DNA of 64,000 nucleotides from Eledone cirrhosa (Eukaryota): NCBI GenBank assembly GCA_964016885.1, contig OZ024743.1, positions 272,118,001 to 272,182,000 of the forward strand, read 5' to 3'. Shown piece by piece: positions 51,861 to 64,000 of this stretch (position 1 is its first letter; each line of letters starts with the position of its first letter). The notes under the pieces were generated by a model. It saw only the letters and a program-made list of their open reading frames with translations, ran no database searches and was not told where the DNA came from. The position numbers and the translations under genes were made by a program.

Positions 51861-51939
51861 CAGTAAAAGAATGAAATAATATTAAATATCACGTCTATGT
51901 ATTTGTTCTGCAAGATTCTTGATGTGAAATCGATATTGT

Positions 51940-52192
51940 TATATTTGGTGATAGTCATATGGCCAGTATTGCCAATAAAAAGAAACACATGCACCAGATG
52001 ATTTTCACTTTATCTTTATTGTTTGTTATTCATTCGTTCATCAAAGTTCTTTCATCACACATGATGTCATGTGAGATGAAAGAACTTTGATGAACTAATA
52101 AATAACAAGCAATAAAGATCAAATGAAAAATCATATGGTGCATGTGTGTCTTTTTATTGGCAATACTGGCCACATGCCTATCCCCAAATATA
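51940..52192. repeat. Long inverted repeat, ~120 bp arms with a short spacer
   Basis: tatatttggtgatag...ggccagtattgccaataaaaaga...gttcatcaaagttctttcatc is mirrored by gatgaaagaactttgatgaac...tctttttattggcaatactggcc...ccaaatata. Confidence 0.9.
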
Positions 52193-52256
52193 GTATTAAA
52201 TATTATCTTCTATTTACTGAGTATATTCAACTTTCCTTGTTATTGTGTTTGTTTAG

Positions 52257-52389
52257 GAAGGAATGGTAAGTGATGAACTCTTTCTGCTGCCTCCTGGTAA
52301 CAGTGTTCGTCATAAAAGATCCGTTGAAGTTGCCAGTCACACCCTCTGGAGACAAACTACACCAGTAATGGTACTGGATGAAATAATGG
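52257..52389 (+). CDS. Metalloprotease exon 5 (EGMVSDELF...RHKR...DEIM)
   Basis: Acceptor gtttgtttag, frame of ORF 52263, furin motif RHKR at 52308-52319. Donor G|GTATAT is phase 1, matching the next exon. Confidence 0.8.
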
Positions 52390-52699
52390 GTATATATATA
52401 TTCCTACATTTCTATATTTCTATCATTGCAATAACAAATGAGTATCTGATTTCCCTCCCTGCTCAACCCATGTTCACCCCTCCCTTCACACTCAGACCAT
52501 CAAAGAAAGCCAAACACATTCTACATTATGTTAGACAACACCCACTTAATTCAGAATCACCCACATGACCCGGCGCTTCCTCTTCCAGGGTGAAGTGTCT
52601 CCCCACTCCCAGCACAGCATATAGCCTGCACCCCTCTCACATTGTTACACATCCATTCCCATCAACACCTCTCCAGCACCTGATACATCCTAACCCAAA

Positions 52700-53065
52700 T
52701 GATGTAATAAGGTAGTGCTGGTGCTACGATAAAAAACACCCAGTCCACCTTATAAGGACATAGTATTGATGCCATGTAAAAAAGCACCCAGTCCACCCGG
52801 TATGGTTATTTTGGTGCTATGATAAAAAGTACCAGCCCACCTTGTAAGATGGTAGTGCTGGTGCCATGGCAAAAAGCTTCTAGTCCATCCTTTAAGGTGG
52901 TAGTCCTGGAGTCATGATAAAATACACCCAGTACATGCTGTAAAGTGGTTGGTATTAGGAAGGACATCCAGCTATAGAAACCAAGCCAAAATTGGAGTGT
53001 ACAAGCAAGTGGTAGTCATCTGACTAGTCTAACCACAGTGTGGAAAATAGATGTTAAACTATGAT
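52700..53065 (+). repeat. SINE-like element with an internal ~41 bp tandem array (about 6 units); inverted relative at 15815-15985
   Basis: Repeated ggtagtgctggtgccatgataaaaagcacccagtccacc followed by aaagtggttgg..ttaggaaggacatccagc. Confidence 0.7.
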
Positions 53066-54294
53066 GTGGATGCAATCAAATTGTAGAAAATTTGTGAATT
53101 TATTGGGAGATTATTGTGAGTTTCTAGCAAATTTGTAAGGACTATTTAGTGAACATATAGTGAACTTTAGTGAGGTTGTAGAGAATTTGTTGTGAAAATG
53201 CCATGAATTTGTAGGGAAGATGTAATGAATTGATAAGGAATTTGTAGTGAATATAGTTAACATATAGTGAGATTGTAGAGAATTTGTTGTGAAGATGTGA
53301 ACTTATAGTGAGCTTGGAGTAAATTTGTGTTGAATTAGTCTAAAAGTCTAAAGTCTGTTTCAAGCACAAAGGCTCATCAGGTTAGTAATTATCCTAGTTT
53401 TCATGACATTGACTGAATGTCCCCTGAACAGGATGCCAGTCCATCACAAGGTTAAACCCCTAGGTATTGCTGCTATATACTGGAGTAATGTGAAATGAAG
53501 TATTTTGCTCAATAACACAACACACTACCCAGTCCAGGAAGTGAACCCACATTATGATTATAAGTTCAACAACCTTACCACAAGGCCACTGGTCTTCACT
53601 TAGTAGTGAATTTGTAATGAATTTACTTAAATGAGATGTTTATTGTGTTTTCATGCAGTTCATTGTGGCTTGGTTATAGAGTGGTGTTGAGATTGTCTGT
53701 AGGTAAGGTTTGAATACAACCATTGAGTGAGTTGTGTGTTAGTATTGTAGTATTATTGTTATTATTATTAACTTTGCCTTTGATCCTTACGGGGTCGATA
53801 AAATAAAGTACCAGTAATGCACTGGGAAATTGCTGGCCTTGTGCCAAAAGTAGAAACAATTATTATTATTATTATAGAGCCCCCTCCCCATACATGTCAT
53901 AACATACAAAATTTGTGTTTTATTGTATCAAAATGAGAAATCAATATTTAATCTACTTCACAATAAAATCACAATAAAATTCATTTGGTAGAGTGTGGGA
54001 ACGTTTTTTGTAAGCAAGATGCAAGCTCCTAGTCCTCTTGAGCATTCAGTACAGTGCAGAAATATAAGTGAGCAAGATACAGAGCCCCAGCCCATTTGAG
54101 AGGTCAGTATCTCCACTTGAGTACTGACTTCATCTGTGGTAAATCATCCAATCATTGCTAGCAGGAAAAAACAAATGTTAAATGATGATGATGATGATAA
54201 TGATGATCATGATGATAATGATGATAATGATATCATTAAAGAACCTAAATAAGTTTACTTTATACATTTCTATATAATTGCTTATATTCTTTAG

Positions 54295-54476
54295 GGATTC
54301 CTCTACCATTACCAAAAGAAACAGAAGAAAGTGTGAACCGTGTGAAGCGCCATGCCATGAACTCTGTCCCTTACATTGATGTTGAAGTGTGTGCCCTCCT
54401 AGATTATGCTCTTTATTTAAAGGCAGGGAAAAACTTACGGGATCTTGCTGCATACATGTTACATTTTTGGCATGCT
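54295..54476 (+). CDS. Metalloprotease exon 6 (RVKR furin site, start of catalytic domain YIDVEVCALLDYALY)
   Basis: Acceptor ttctttag, open frame GIPLPLPKETEESVNRVKRHAMNSVPYIDVEVCALLDY...FWHA, donor GCT|GTAAGT. The VE...D strand is typical of reprolysin domains. Confidence 0.9.
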
Positions 54477-55508
54477 GTAAGTAAATACATTCCATTCTTC
54501 CAAAGCAATTAATACAATCTGATTAACACAAAAATCACTTTGGAAATTATTGTTAACAAAATATAATTGAACAATCTTTATCTTTTGTTCATTCATGTAC
54601 TTTGCCATACTTAAAAAATGCTGTAAAAAAATTCCCATGATTTCATTAAATACCTGTAATAAAAATTTCTAGATGTCTAGAACAATAAGTGTTTAACCCT
54701 TTAGCATTTACATTACTCTATATATACCACAGCATTTTTGTGGTAAAGGCTTTATCTCACATAACATCTCACATAATATTTCACATAATATCAAATCTAC
54801 GAGATTTTGATATCATTTATTTTGAGAACAATACCTTAAAGGCAGTATGAGCGGCCAGTAATGGCCGGTTTCAACAGAAAGAGGGGAGAGAATTCTGGCT
54901 GGATACAGCTGGTTTAATTGCTAGAGGGTTAAGCTCCTTTCCTCTATTCTTAAAACAGGAATTTACTTTGTGGGCCCCCAGACATGCTTCATACACATCA
55001 GGGATCTTTTTTGAGGCAATGTTGTATAGCCTGATGTCCTTCCTGGTGTCAACACTTTTAGTCGCCTCTTATGACACACTACTGTAAATAATTTCTAAAT
55101 ATACACTAAAACACATAAGATGTCATAAAATATGTTAGGAAGAGAAAATGGAAGTTGGCAGAGCATATGGCATGAATAAATGACGAGAGATGGAGAAAGC
55201 TGAGTACAGAATGCAGACCAAGTGAGACAGGAAAACAGAGGATGAAGAGATATGAAATTGATTAGATTATGGATGTTACATAAATGAGAGAATTACAGCA
55301 AAGGAAAAATTGATATTGACTTGGGGAAGCCTTTACCTTCTTATAGGAAAAAATGAGAGTGGCACAAGATAAAAACAATTGGCAAATATATATATATATA
55401 TATATACATAGGATGATGATTCTAAGGATATACATACACACACACATATATATAATATTATATTATTTATTTATGTTCATATTTTCTACACGCACACACA
55501 TATATATA

Positions 55509-55938
55509 TACACGGTCCCACCATTCGTGGAATTTTCCTTAGAACCTATCTGATAAATGTTCATGGAAACCACTGCATATTCCCGATTTTTTATGGCTTT
55601 TTTTGTGGTGACACATTTTTTTTAACACTTTTTAATGTTACATTATTAATAACAATATTATCATCATATTTCTAATGAAAGACACTACGAATGTGTTTCA
55701 TGTACTATATATATACTCGAATATGAGCTGATCTGAATATAAACTGACATCTATTTCATGTCTGAGAAATGGGAAAGAATCCAAACTGTGTATAAGCCGA
55801 GGCAGCTAATTTGCCTGCCCATACTTTACGTTATGTTTTGACGTTTATAGGCATTTTATGGACCACATCCAATATTTGCGGTTTTTCACTCTTGACGGGT
55901 GCTCTAGGAAGGTAACCCCTGAAAATACCGGAGGACAA

Positions 55939-55943
<5 letters not shown>
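55509..55943. mobile_element. Tigger/pogo-like MITE with nested fragments
   Basis: TA-flanked degenerate TIRs cacggtccc / ggacaactg between TA tracts. Confidence 0.45.
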
Positions 55944-55974
<31 letters not shown>

Positions 55975-56474
55975 TTGTAAATAAATATTTGTACTCACGA
56001 TCATCAGACAGGCTGCTGAGATGAAGTTGACAGTTTCTGTTACCCGAGTGACTAATTAGCAGTGGAGGTGTGTGTTCTGAAAGTACAGTAGCCAGGGTGA
56101 GAACTGATTGAAAAAAGTCCAGGAAGCTACTATTGTTGCTAGCCATAAAGGGTTTGTCCCTCAGAGTGAAAGGGAGATTGTATGATGTGTGCATATGAAT
56201 GGAAATGTTGCATAGAAGTGAGACTTGAGTTTTGTGTGAAGAGGACTTACAAAGATTGAAAAGAGATAAGCTGAGCATGCTCAAATGGGTGTGTAATAGT
56301 AGTGTACATGGATGACAAAGCATCAATGAGCTGAGAGAAAAACGGCATAAAAGAGATGGCATTCACTTTGCAGAGGAGGGGATTGTGATGGTATCGACTT
56401 ATGATGTGTATGGAGAGTAACAGAAAGAAATACTGAGTGCTTGAAGGAGATAACACATGATTGAGTTGACACAT

Positions 56475-56736
56475 TAACACTTTTGATACTAAAATGCCTG
56501 AAAACTCCCCTTGCTTTAATGATAAAGCTGGTTTTATTTATCTAAAAACTTCCATAATAATTTTATGTAAGAACCTTACAATAATGCGAAAGTTATGTTA
56601 TTTTACTAAATCCTAAATCATTTTCAAATTATTTGAAAATCATGTGCAGTATTTTACTAAATCCTAAATCATTTTCAAATTATTTGAAAATCATGTGCAG
56701 TATCTCTCATTAGAAATAATGCAACAAAAGGGTTAA
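56475..56736. mobile_element. Second TTAA-flanked piggyBac-type MITE family; relative at 58424-59190
   Basis: ttaacacttttgatac ... gcaacaaaagggttaa, with an internal 51 bp tandem duplication at 56599-56703. Confidence 0.6.
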
Positions 56737-56969
56737 AGTGTTTATATTTATCTAAAAACCTTCCATCATATGTAAGAACTTTTGTTAAGTTATATTCAAG
56801 CACCAGATAAATCATGAGAAAGTTATGTTAGTTTACTAAATCCCTCAAACCTTTTTAAAATTTGGAAAATTATTTGAATATCATAAATAGTGTCTTTCAT
56901 TAGATATAGCAAAATTGTTGAGAGGAAATATTGTTCAACAGATTTGTTTTATGTTCTCATTCTCAACAG

Positions 56970-57041
56970 GTTAACCTTCGTTTTGCTACAATACAAGATA
57001 TGAGGATTAATATAAAACTGAAAACTGTTGGTGTATTCCAA
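56970..57041 (+). CDS. Metalloprotease exon 7 (VNLRFATIQDMRINIKLKTVGVFQ)
   Basis: Acceptor tctcaacag, donor CAA|GTAAGA, phase 0-0. The VN..F...I.I.L pattern matches the M12B helix/strand. Confidence 0.9.
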
Positions 57042-57109
57042 GTAAGATATTTTAAATATATATATTTCCTTCAGGCATCACCATATATTACCTCATACAC
57101 TGGCTATAA

Positions 57110-57345
57110 ATAACAACACCTTTAATACTCTACACCACCAATGATCTTTAACACCCATGTGAGTGATATGCCCAGGATAAGTTTGAGGAAATTTGCATAC
57201 GCAGATGACCTTGCCTTGGCTACCCAACCTACTGACTTTGACATTGATGGTAAATGAAAGACAGCATAGCATGAGACTGTGGGGACCCTGACCAGATAGT
57301 GCTGCATGTTTTTCAGGATTATTCTCTTAGATGTTTTCATGTTGA
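57110..57345 (+). mobile_element. Non-LTR RT catalytic fragment
   Basis: PMIFNTHVSDMPRISLRKFAYADDLALA (YADD motif). Confidence 0.7.
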
Positions 57346-57859
57346 ACTGGAGGTAATACTACAAATGATACCTTAGTCTGGCTCTTCAATCTCGATCTGC
57401 CTCTCTAACTATTGTGCATATATCACATGATAAGAAGACTATTGGCACTGCCACCACCACCACCACTAATACATTCCCCTGTAGTATCAAAGCTGTAGTC
57501 CCTCAATTCAGAGAAGTAGTTGCTCTGCCTGGAGTGATTCCCTGATCTCCAAACTATGCATCCTATAAAGTAATATTATTCCAAAGATCCTTTGGAGAAA
57601 CACCTTTTCGGCCACTTGAATTTGCAATCATATTCTTTTGGCCATTACCCAAGATTCATAACCATAGATAAGGGTAGGTACAAACACAAAATTGGAGATA
57701 GTGAGTTTGGCTTTTACACCAACTTCCCCTTCTGCTGATGATTGAGTGCTGAAACTGGTACATTCCTGCTCCAGCTCCTGGAGTTCTTACATTTAATTCA
57801 GCCTCCTTCCTTCCATCATTTGTGAAGAGAATTTTCCTTTCCCTCAAAATGTCAATGTT

Positions 57860-58165
57860 AGATAGAATGAACTATTATTCCCATCATCCTGCAACCTCAG
57901 CCAAAGTAGACTCAGTGATAGATCTCCACACTGGCCTCTCCTCACTCATTGCCTTGTGTAAATCCCATACAACACAATGGCTATGATATCTGGATTACAG
58001 AGTTTTCAACCTCTTTGGCTTTTGACAGATGTTGGTTTTCAAAGGAGTAAAGGTGACAGCTTCATTTGAGGTGTGATGGCAATGGCCTGCAAATTCCACT
58101 CTTCTCTTTTGCATAATATCAGAAATACAAGAGAAACTATTGTATATTTCTGTAAGAGTCTTATG
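57860..58165 (-). mobile_element. RTE-X-like LINE C-terminal fragment
   Basis: EIY...ISDIMQKRRVEFAGHCHH motif. Confidence 0.6.
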
Positions 58166-58217
58166 TTTTGTACCTGATGAGGTACTTTTATTATTCACAA
58201 TGCATTCTGTGTTTTAG

Positions 58218-58369
58218 GATGAAGAATCACAGCTGTTTCTCAAGAATAATATGCTTCAGGGTAATAAAAGAATATTTGAAGCTCGACACGCTCTGTCAGA
58301 TTTACAAAGATGGCTTAGTTATCACTACAGGGACTTCAAAAAGTTTGATGTCATTTTTCTGTTGACTGG
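58218..58369 (+). CDS. Metalloprotease exon 8 (DEESQLF...FDVIFLLTG)
   Basis: Acceptor gttttag, donor GG|GTAAGT (phase 2). FDVIFLLTG matches the reprolysin D.A.LLT motif. Confidence 0.9.
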
Positions 58370-60329
58370 GTAAGTTCTAAGAATTTTCTCCTGCAAGAGC
58401 ACTAATATCATAGCACCCACTATTAACACTTTTGATACCAAACCACCAGAAACAACCCCTGGTTTCACAATACAAAACTCTCTGTATTAACTCTTTTATC
58501 ACCATATTTCTAATGAAAGACACTACGAATGTGTTTCATGTACTATATATATACTCGAATATGAGCTGATCTGAATATAAACTGACATCTATTTCATGTC
58601 TGAGAAATGGGAAAGAATCCAAACTCTGTGTATAAGCCGAGGCAGCTAATCAATATGTTATGTTTAGATGGAGTGATTTTGTAATTCTCATGAGTGGAAA
58701 ATATATTTATGAAGTTTTAATATCTTAATATTTAAAAAAATGTTGTAAGTATCATTTAGAGTATAGTTTCTGTTTCACAACTCCCTGAGGATGAGGATTG
58801 TCTAAGACCAAAAGAAAGGTTAGGTTTGAAGCTCTAAAACTATTTTATATCAGCTTCTTACAGTTTTGAAAGACATTCATTCAAAACATCAAAAACTATA
58901 AAGAAAACAAATTTCACCTCCAAAGCAAAAATATTTATGTAAAATTTGAAATTGGGGAAAATCAGTAAAATATTGATCTTAAATATAAGCTGGCTCCCAT
59001 TTTACCATCGATTTTTTTTGTCACATATTACTCAATTTATATACAATTATATATAGTGATTTGGAAAATAATCAAAATTTTGGAGAAATTAAAAAATATA
59101 ATTAATTTACTTCTTATCAAGCTGAACTAAAATTTTGTTTTATAAAATTATGCGAGATGGTGTTGATATAAATATAAACACTTTAAAACAGACAGTTTTG
59201 TATCTTGGAAAAAGGGGCGGGTTCAGACGAGTTGGTAATGAAAAGGTTACAGTGTTTATATTTAGGTAAAATCTTTTCATCATAATTTTATGATAGAACA
59301 TTTGTAAAGTTATGTTCCAAACACCAGTATAATAATAAGAAAGTTATATCCTTCCAAATTCTTGATTATTTTCCAAATGATTTGAAAATCATAGGTAGTA
59401 TTTTTATTAGAAATATGACAATGAAAAGATTAAAGAATTCATAGTTCCTACTTTGGTATATTTTCAGAACTTTGTTTTCCTCTTGGCTTATAATTTTTAA
59501 TATAAACTGATATGTTTTGAAAATTGTACTACCCTTGGTTGTTATAATCACAATATTTTGGCCTTACGGTGGATTGGCAGTATCGGTAGAGGATTGGGCA
59601 CCATGCTTTGATGCATAGAGTTACGGCCCTTGTCTTTCTGAGTTCAAATCCCGCTGAGGTTAACTTTTCCTTTCATCCGTACGGTGTCGATAAAATAAAG
59701 TACCAGTAATGCACTGGGATAATTACTGACCTTGTGCCAAAAGCAGAAACAAAATATTTTGGCCTTCTTCAGGTAACTGTTGTATTTAGTAGTATTTTGA
59801 AATTTCAAACTGAGCCCTTCATTCAAACTACAAGGGGTAGATTGTTCTCATTCTATTGTCCATACTCAGGATACCCTTGCATTAATTAGTTACTTGCTTG
59901 TTCCCAGACAGCAAATTGGCAGAATCATTAGAGCACCAGATAGAATATTTTGCAGTATTATTTCTGGCTCTCTGCATTCTGAGCTCTGAGTTCAAAACTG
60001 CCATGGCTAACTTTGGCTTTCATCCTTTCAAGGTAGATAAAAATATAATTAAAATTAAGATAGAAAAAAAAAAAAAAAAAAAGGGTGGGGCCATAACGTA
60101 TACATCCTCAGTTGGACAGCATAGCTCAGCTACACTATGCAGACAAGTTGGCAAAGTGTTGTTGCAAAGAACATCCAGCAATAGGTCCTGCATCAGCCAT
60201 TCAACTTCATAAAGCTCTTTCCATAGGTATGATGCCCTCATCTTAATTTGGTGGAGGAAAATAGTAGTCTGTAAACCAAGGACACCAGAGATCTCAACAG
60301 TGACCACCACAAAATAATTCAAGGAGAGA

Positions 60330-60890
60330 GAAGATGGCAATTGGTGTTGCTTTTGAAATTTTGCAAATTGTAGTGGCCAGGAAAATAAAAAGACGTTTGT
60401 GAAGGAAGAATCTATCAGAATAGTATTTGTGATTGAATTTAGGAACTTCAACTGTAAATGGGTGAGATCTAGCTGCCAATCTGGTGCTCCATTTAAACTT
60501 GTGAAGATCTGGTGCTCCATTTAAATTTGTGAAGATGGGAGCAACAAAAAAGAAAGTTCATTAGAACAATTCCCATGAAAAAGGAAGAGGCAACATTTCA
60601 ACAGTGTGTTTGTAATTGAAGCTGACATGATATCCTCTGCATTTAGGTTGTTAGTAGAAACAATATAGTTTGGCCCTAGAGAAAGTGTTACAAGATGTGG
60701 CTTCTCAAATGTGCGTTATACCAATCTCAAATTGGTTATACTAATTATGTTATTGTCCTATAGGACAATAATAAAATAATATTTTGGAGCTTTAAACCTA
60801 CCATTTCTTTTGGGCTTAGAAAATCCTGATTGTTTCTGCATCCACTTCTCCATGATATAAGGGATTGGATGGGATAGTTTGCATCAATGT
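60330..60890 (-). mobile_element. CR1/Jockey-group LINE C-terminal fragment
   Basis: FHGNCSNELS and RSHPFTVEVP...YSDRFF motifs. Confidence 0.55.
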
Positions 60891-61105
60891 TTTATAACTT
60901 TATAGCAATGTTTTATAACATTATAGCAATGTTTTTTTTTAACTTTATAGCAATGGTTATAACTTTATAACAATGTTTTATAACTTTGGTGCTAACCCTT
61001 TTTGGTATACGGTGTACCTTTTATAAAAACTGGGATACACACAGCAAATGTTCTTTGTAATTAAAAGCTAATCTTTTTAAAACAACTCTTTCTTTATATT
61101 TTCAG

Positions 61106-61279
61106 AGATGATGGCTGTGTTTTTAGTGGACAAGCATGTGAAAAACGTGTTACAGGAGTGTCATATGTTGGTGGAGCATGTCGGAGACACTGGTTGATGG
61201 GAGCCCTTAATGTTGCAATTGGAGAAACTGACTTAGTGTTTAGGGGTGTTTTCACAGCTGCACATGAAGTTGGTCATTT
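61106..61279 (+). CDS. Metalloprotease exon 9 (GVSYVGGAC...TAAHEVGH)
   Basis: Acceptor attttcag, phase 2-2. Contains a G.AY.GG.C-type motif and the HEXXH zinc motif at 61263-61277. Donor GTAAGT. Confidence 0.95.
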
Positions 61280-61358
61280 GTAAGTATTTGGATTTTTCCA
61301 AGAAAATAAGTCAAAGTACCCATTGTTGATATTGTGTTAAAGTTACATGCATGCATGT

Positions 61359-61454
<96 letters not shown>

Positions 61455-61654
61455 ATTGACCTCAGTACTGGACTGGTACTTCTTTTTATCAACTTTAAAA
61501 GGATGAGCAGCAAAGCTGGCCTTAGCAGGATTTGAATTTAGAGTACAAAGAGTTGGCATGAATACTGCAAAGGATTCTAGCCAATTTTCTAACAACTCAG
61601 TCAATTAGCCAGTATAAAGCCTGTAGATTGTCACTGATGCTCCTTCAATATCTC

Positions 61655-62025
61655 TTATCATTGTTGTTGTTTAGCTCCAGGTGATCAAAGATATTTGAGA
61701 CCATCCCATCTTTTCCTTGTCACTGTTGCTGTTTAACCTCATGTCAATTACTGCCAGGTCAATCTCTGATCAACGATATTCCATCTGTGACCATCCCACC
61801 TTTTTCTTACCATTGTTGTTGTTTAGTCCCAGGTCAAGCTGTGATCAAAGATTCCATTTGTGACCATCTTAGCTCTTTTTTGTTATTGTTGTTTAGCTCC
61901 AGGTGAATCTTTGATCAAAGATATTCTAGCGGTGAATAACCTTGCTTTTCTTTGTTATTGTTGCTGTTTAACACCAAGTCAACCTGTGATTACAGATATT
62001 CCAGCTGTGACCATCCAATCTTTTT
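61655..62025. repeat. ~60 bp degenerate tandem repeat, about 6 units
   Basis: Repeated ttgttgttgtttagctccaggt...gatcaaagatattcc...tgtgaccatcc. Confidence 0.8.
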
Positions 62026-63147
62026 TCTTTGTGCAGGAAACCCAGGATCACATTAATCAATGTGTCTCCTTTTTAAAGATAGTGGAGTGTGAGTTGAGGG
62101 TGACTTGGCTACTATCATAGCAGGTCAAGCAGCTATGCTGAGATTTCATTGATTTCTCTTCTGTCAGCTTCTATAGAGTTTGTTTGTTTGTACTTCAGTG
62201 CTATTCTGCGAAAGCAAACTATTGAGGTAGTGTTGGTTGAGTGTGTTTCTTCCATGTAAAATGTTGCATAATAAACATAAATGCATTAAAACTGAGAATT
62301 TAAAAATATGACAGGTTTTAATACAAAACCATTACAACAAAATGCGCTTTAACTCATTCAAAGCCAAACCACATAAAACTGCTGATATTGAAGTGATGGA
62401 ATTTGTATTCAAATCTTTTACTACTAAAAACATATTGAATCTTAAGAAAGATAATATATAAAATAAGATTTCAATATGTTGAAGTTTGTCTTTTATTATC
62501 AAGTTAGTTTGTTTCTTTAAACAAATTTTTACAATTTTGTAAATTAAAAAATAAAATCAGAATTCTTGTTAGAAATATAGTAACAAAAGGTTTAAAGCCA
62601 TTTTCCCTACTAAGTCAGATATTAGCTTGCAGGCACCATGGTAGGTTTCATAGTAATTTTGGAGTACTTTTTGAGACCATGTTTTATGGCTTAGTGTCCT
62701 TCCTAGTCTGAATACTTCTAGTGATCCCTTATAGCATGTAGAAATATGGTGCACTTATTCTAAACAAGATACAAACAGTATCTAACACAGATGGACATAG
62801 CATTTGAAAAGGATGTTGTAGATTTAGAGCAATATGTGTCAAAATCTGGAATTCATTATTGCAGCTGGATCAACTCATCCAACAATTCCTACTCAAAAAA
62901 TACCACTGTTAGTTTTGGTTAAAGAACAGCTGGACAAATAGAGACTGATAAAATAATTCCAAAAAGATTTGAAAAACAAAACAAAACAGGACCACTAAAA
63001 TTTGTAAAGATGGTGCCCCAGCATGGCCACAGTCTAATAACTAGATCCAATAAAAGAATAAAATGATCAAATCAACATTTCAGTCTAAAAATTGTAAAGT
63101 TGAGATGAGAATTTTAACCAATTGAAATGATTCTGGGATTTTTTTAG

Positions 63148-63291
63148 GCTTGGTGCACCACATGATGGAGAATCTGGTGCTGAATTGTGTACAACCAATT
63201 CTGGCTACCTCATGAGTTATAACAGGTCTGATCCTATTAAGGCACATAGATTCTCAACATGCTCAATAAAAAAGTTTAAAGAATTCTTAAG
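63148..63291 (+). CDS. Metalloprotease exon 10 (LGAPHDG...GYLMS Met-turn...FSTCS); gene continues beyond the window
   Basis: Completes HEVGHLLGAPHD (HEXXHXXGXXHD, ADAM/ADAMTS type), Met-turn GYLMS and FS.CS motif. Donor AG|GTAAGC. Confidence 0.95.
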
Positions 63292-64000
63292 GTAAGCAGA
63301 TCTTTCTCTTTCATTGATGAATTGCTTAACTCTTTTGATACCAACATACCTGGTTCAAATCTTATTTAGAAATGACTATCATAATTTTAGTCATACTTAA
63401 TAATTGTTTCTACACCAGCAATTTGAAGGGAAGGGGAAAGTTGATTAAATCGATCCTAGTGTGTTACTGATACCTAATTTTATCAACCTCTTAAGGATGA
63501 AAAGCAAAGCTAACCACAGTGAGATTTGAACTCAGAATGTAAAGGGCTGTTACTATATACTGCAAAGCAAGTTGTCTGATACTCTACGAATACTGCCAAT
63601 TCACCAAGAATAATAATTGTTTCTACTTTTGGCACAAGGCCAGCAATTATCCCAGTGCATTATAATGCTTTATTTTATGGACCCTGTAAGGATGAAAGGC
63701 AAAGTTAACCTTGGCGGGATTTGAACTCAGACCGTAAAAGGCCGTAACTCTATGCTGCAAAGCATGGTGTCCGACTCTCTACGGATACTGCCAATCCACC
63801 GCCCCTTTTATTCACCAATAATAATAATGGTTTCTGATTTAGGCACAAGGCCATCGATTTGTGGGGGAGGGGAAAGTTGATTAAATTGTAAGGATGAAAG
63901 GCAAAGCTAACCTTGGCAAGAAGAAGCAGTAGGAGGAAAAGAAGAAGGAGCAAAAAGGAGAAGGAAGAGAAGGAGGTGGAGGAGAAAAAGAAGGCAGAGA

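Noticed and set aside
57735-57765. CTGATGA...GAAA
   Set aside because: No stem II pairing; it is the antisense of an RTE coding fragment.

Overview
AT-rich, repeat-dense eukaryotic (metazoan) DNA with abundant TA/CA microsatellites and one dominant tRNA-derived SINE family. The repeat landscape looks like an octopus or other coleoid cephalopod, but this is an inference from memory of the repeats, not a database result. One host gene can be assembled by hand on the + strand. It is a secreted M12B (reprolysin, ADAM/ADAMTS-like) zinc metalloprotease with 10 phase-compatible GT-AG coding exons from 16753 to 63291. These give about 510 codons with a signal peptide, RHKR and RVKR furin sites, HEVGHLLGAPHD and a Met-turn, and the gene runs off the right edge. 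The rest is mostly decayed mobile DNA: RTE and CR1-like LINE fragments, Penelope-like elements, mariner, three hAT remnants, piggyBac-type and pogo-type MITEs, and a composite ~6.3 kb Helitron. The most unusual signal is a set of short elements in intron 1, embedded in TA tracts, that carry minimal type I hammerhead ribozyme motifs. One motif is intact (21591-21629, minus strand), and several fold-back inversions break at or next to the ribozyme core, as expected for Penelope pseudo-LTRs or retrozymes. All coordinates were read by eye, so element edges are approximate.
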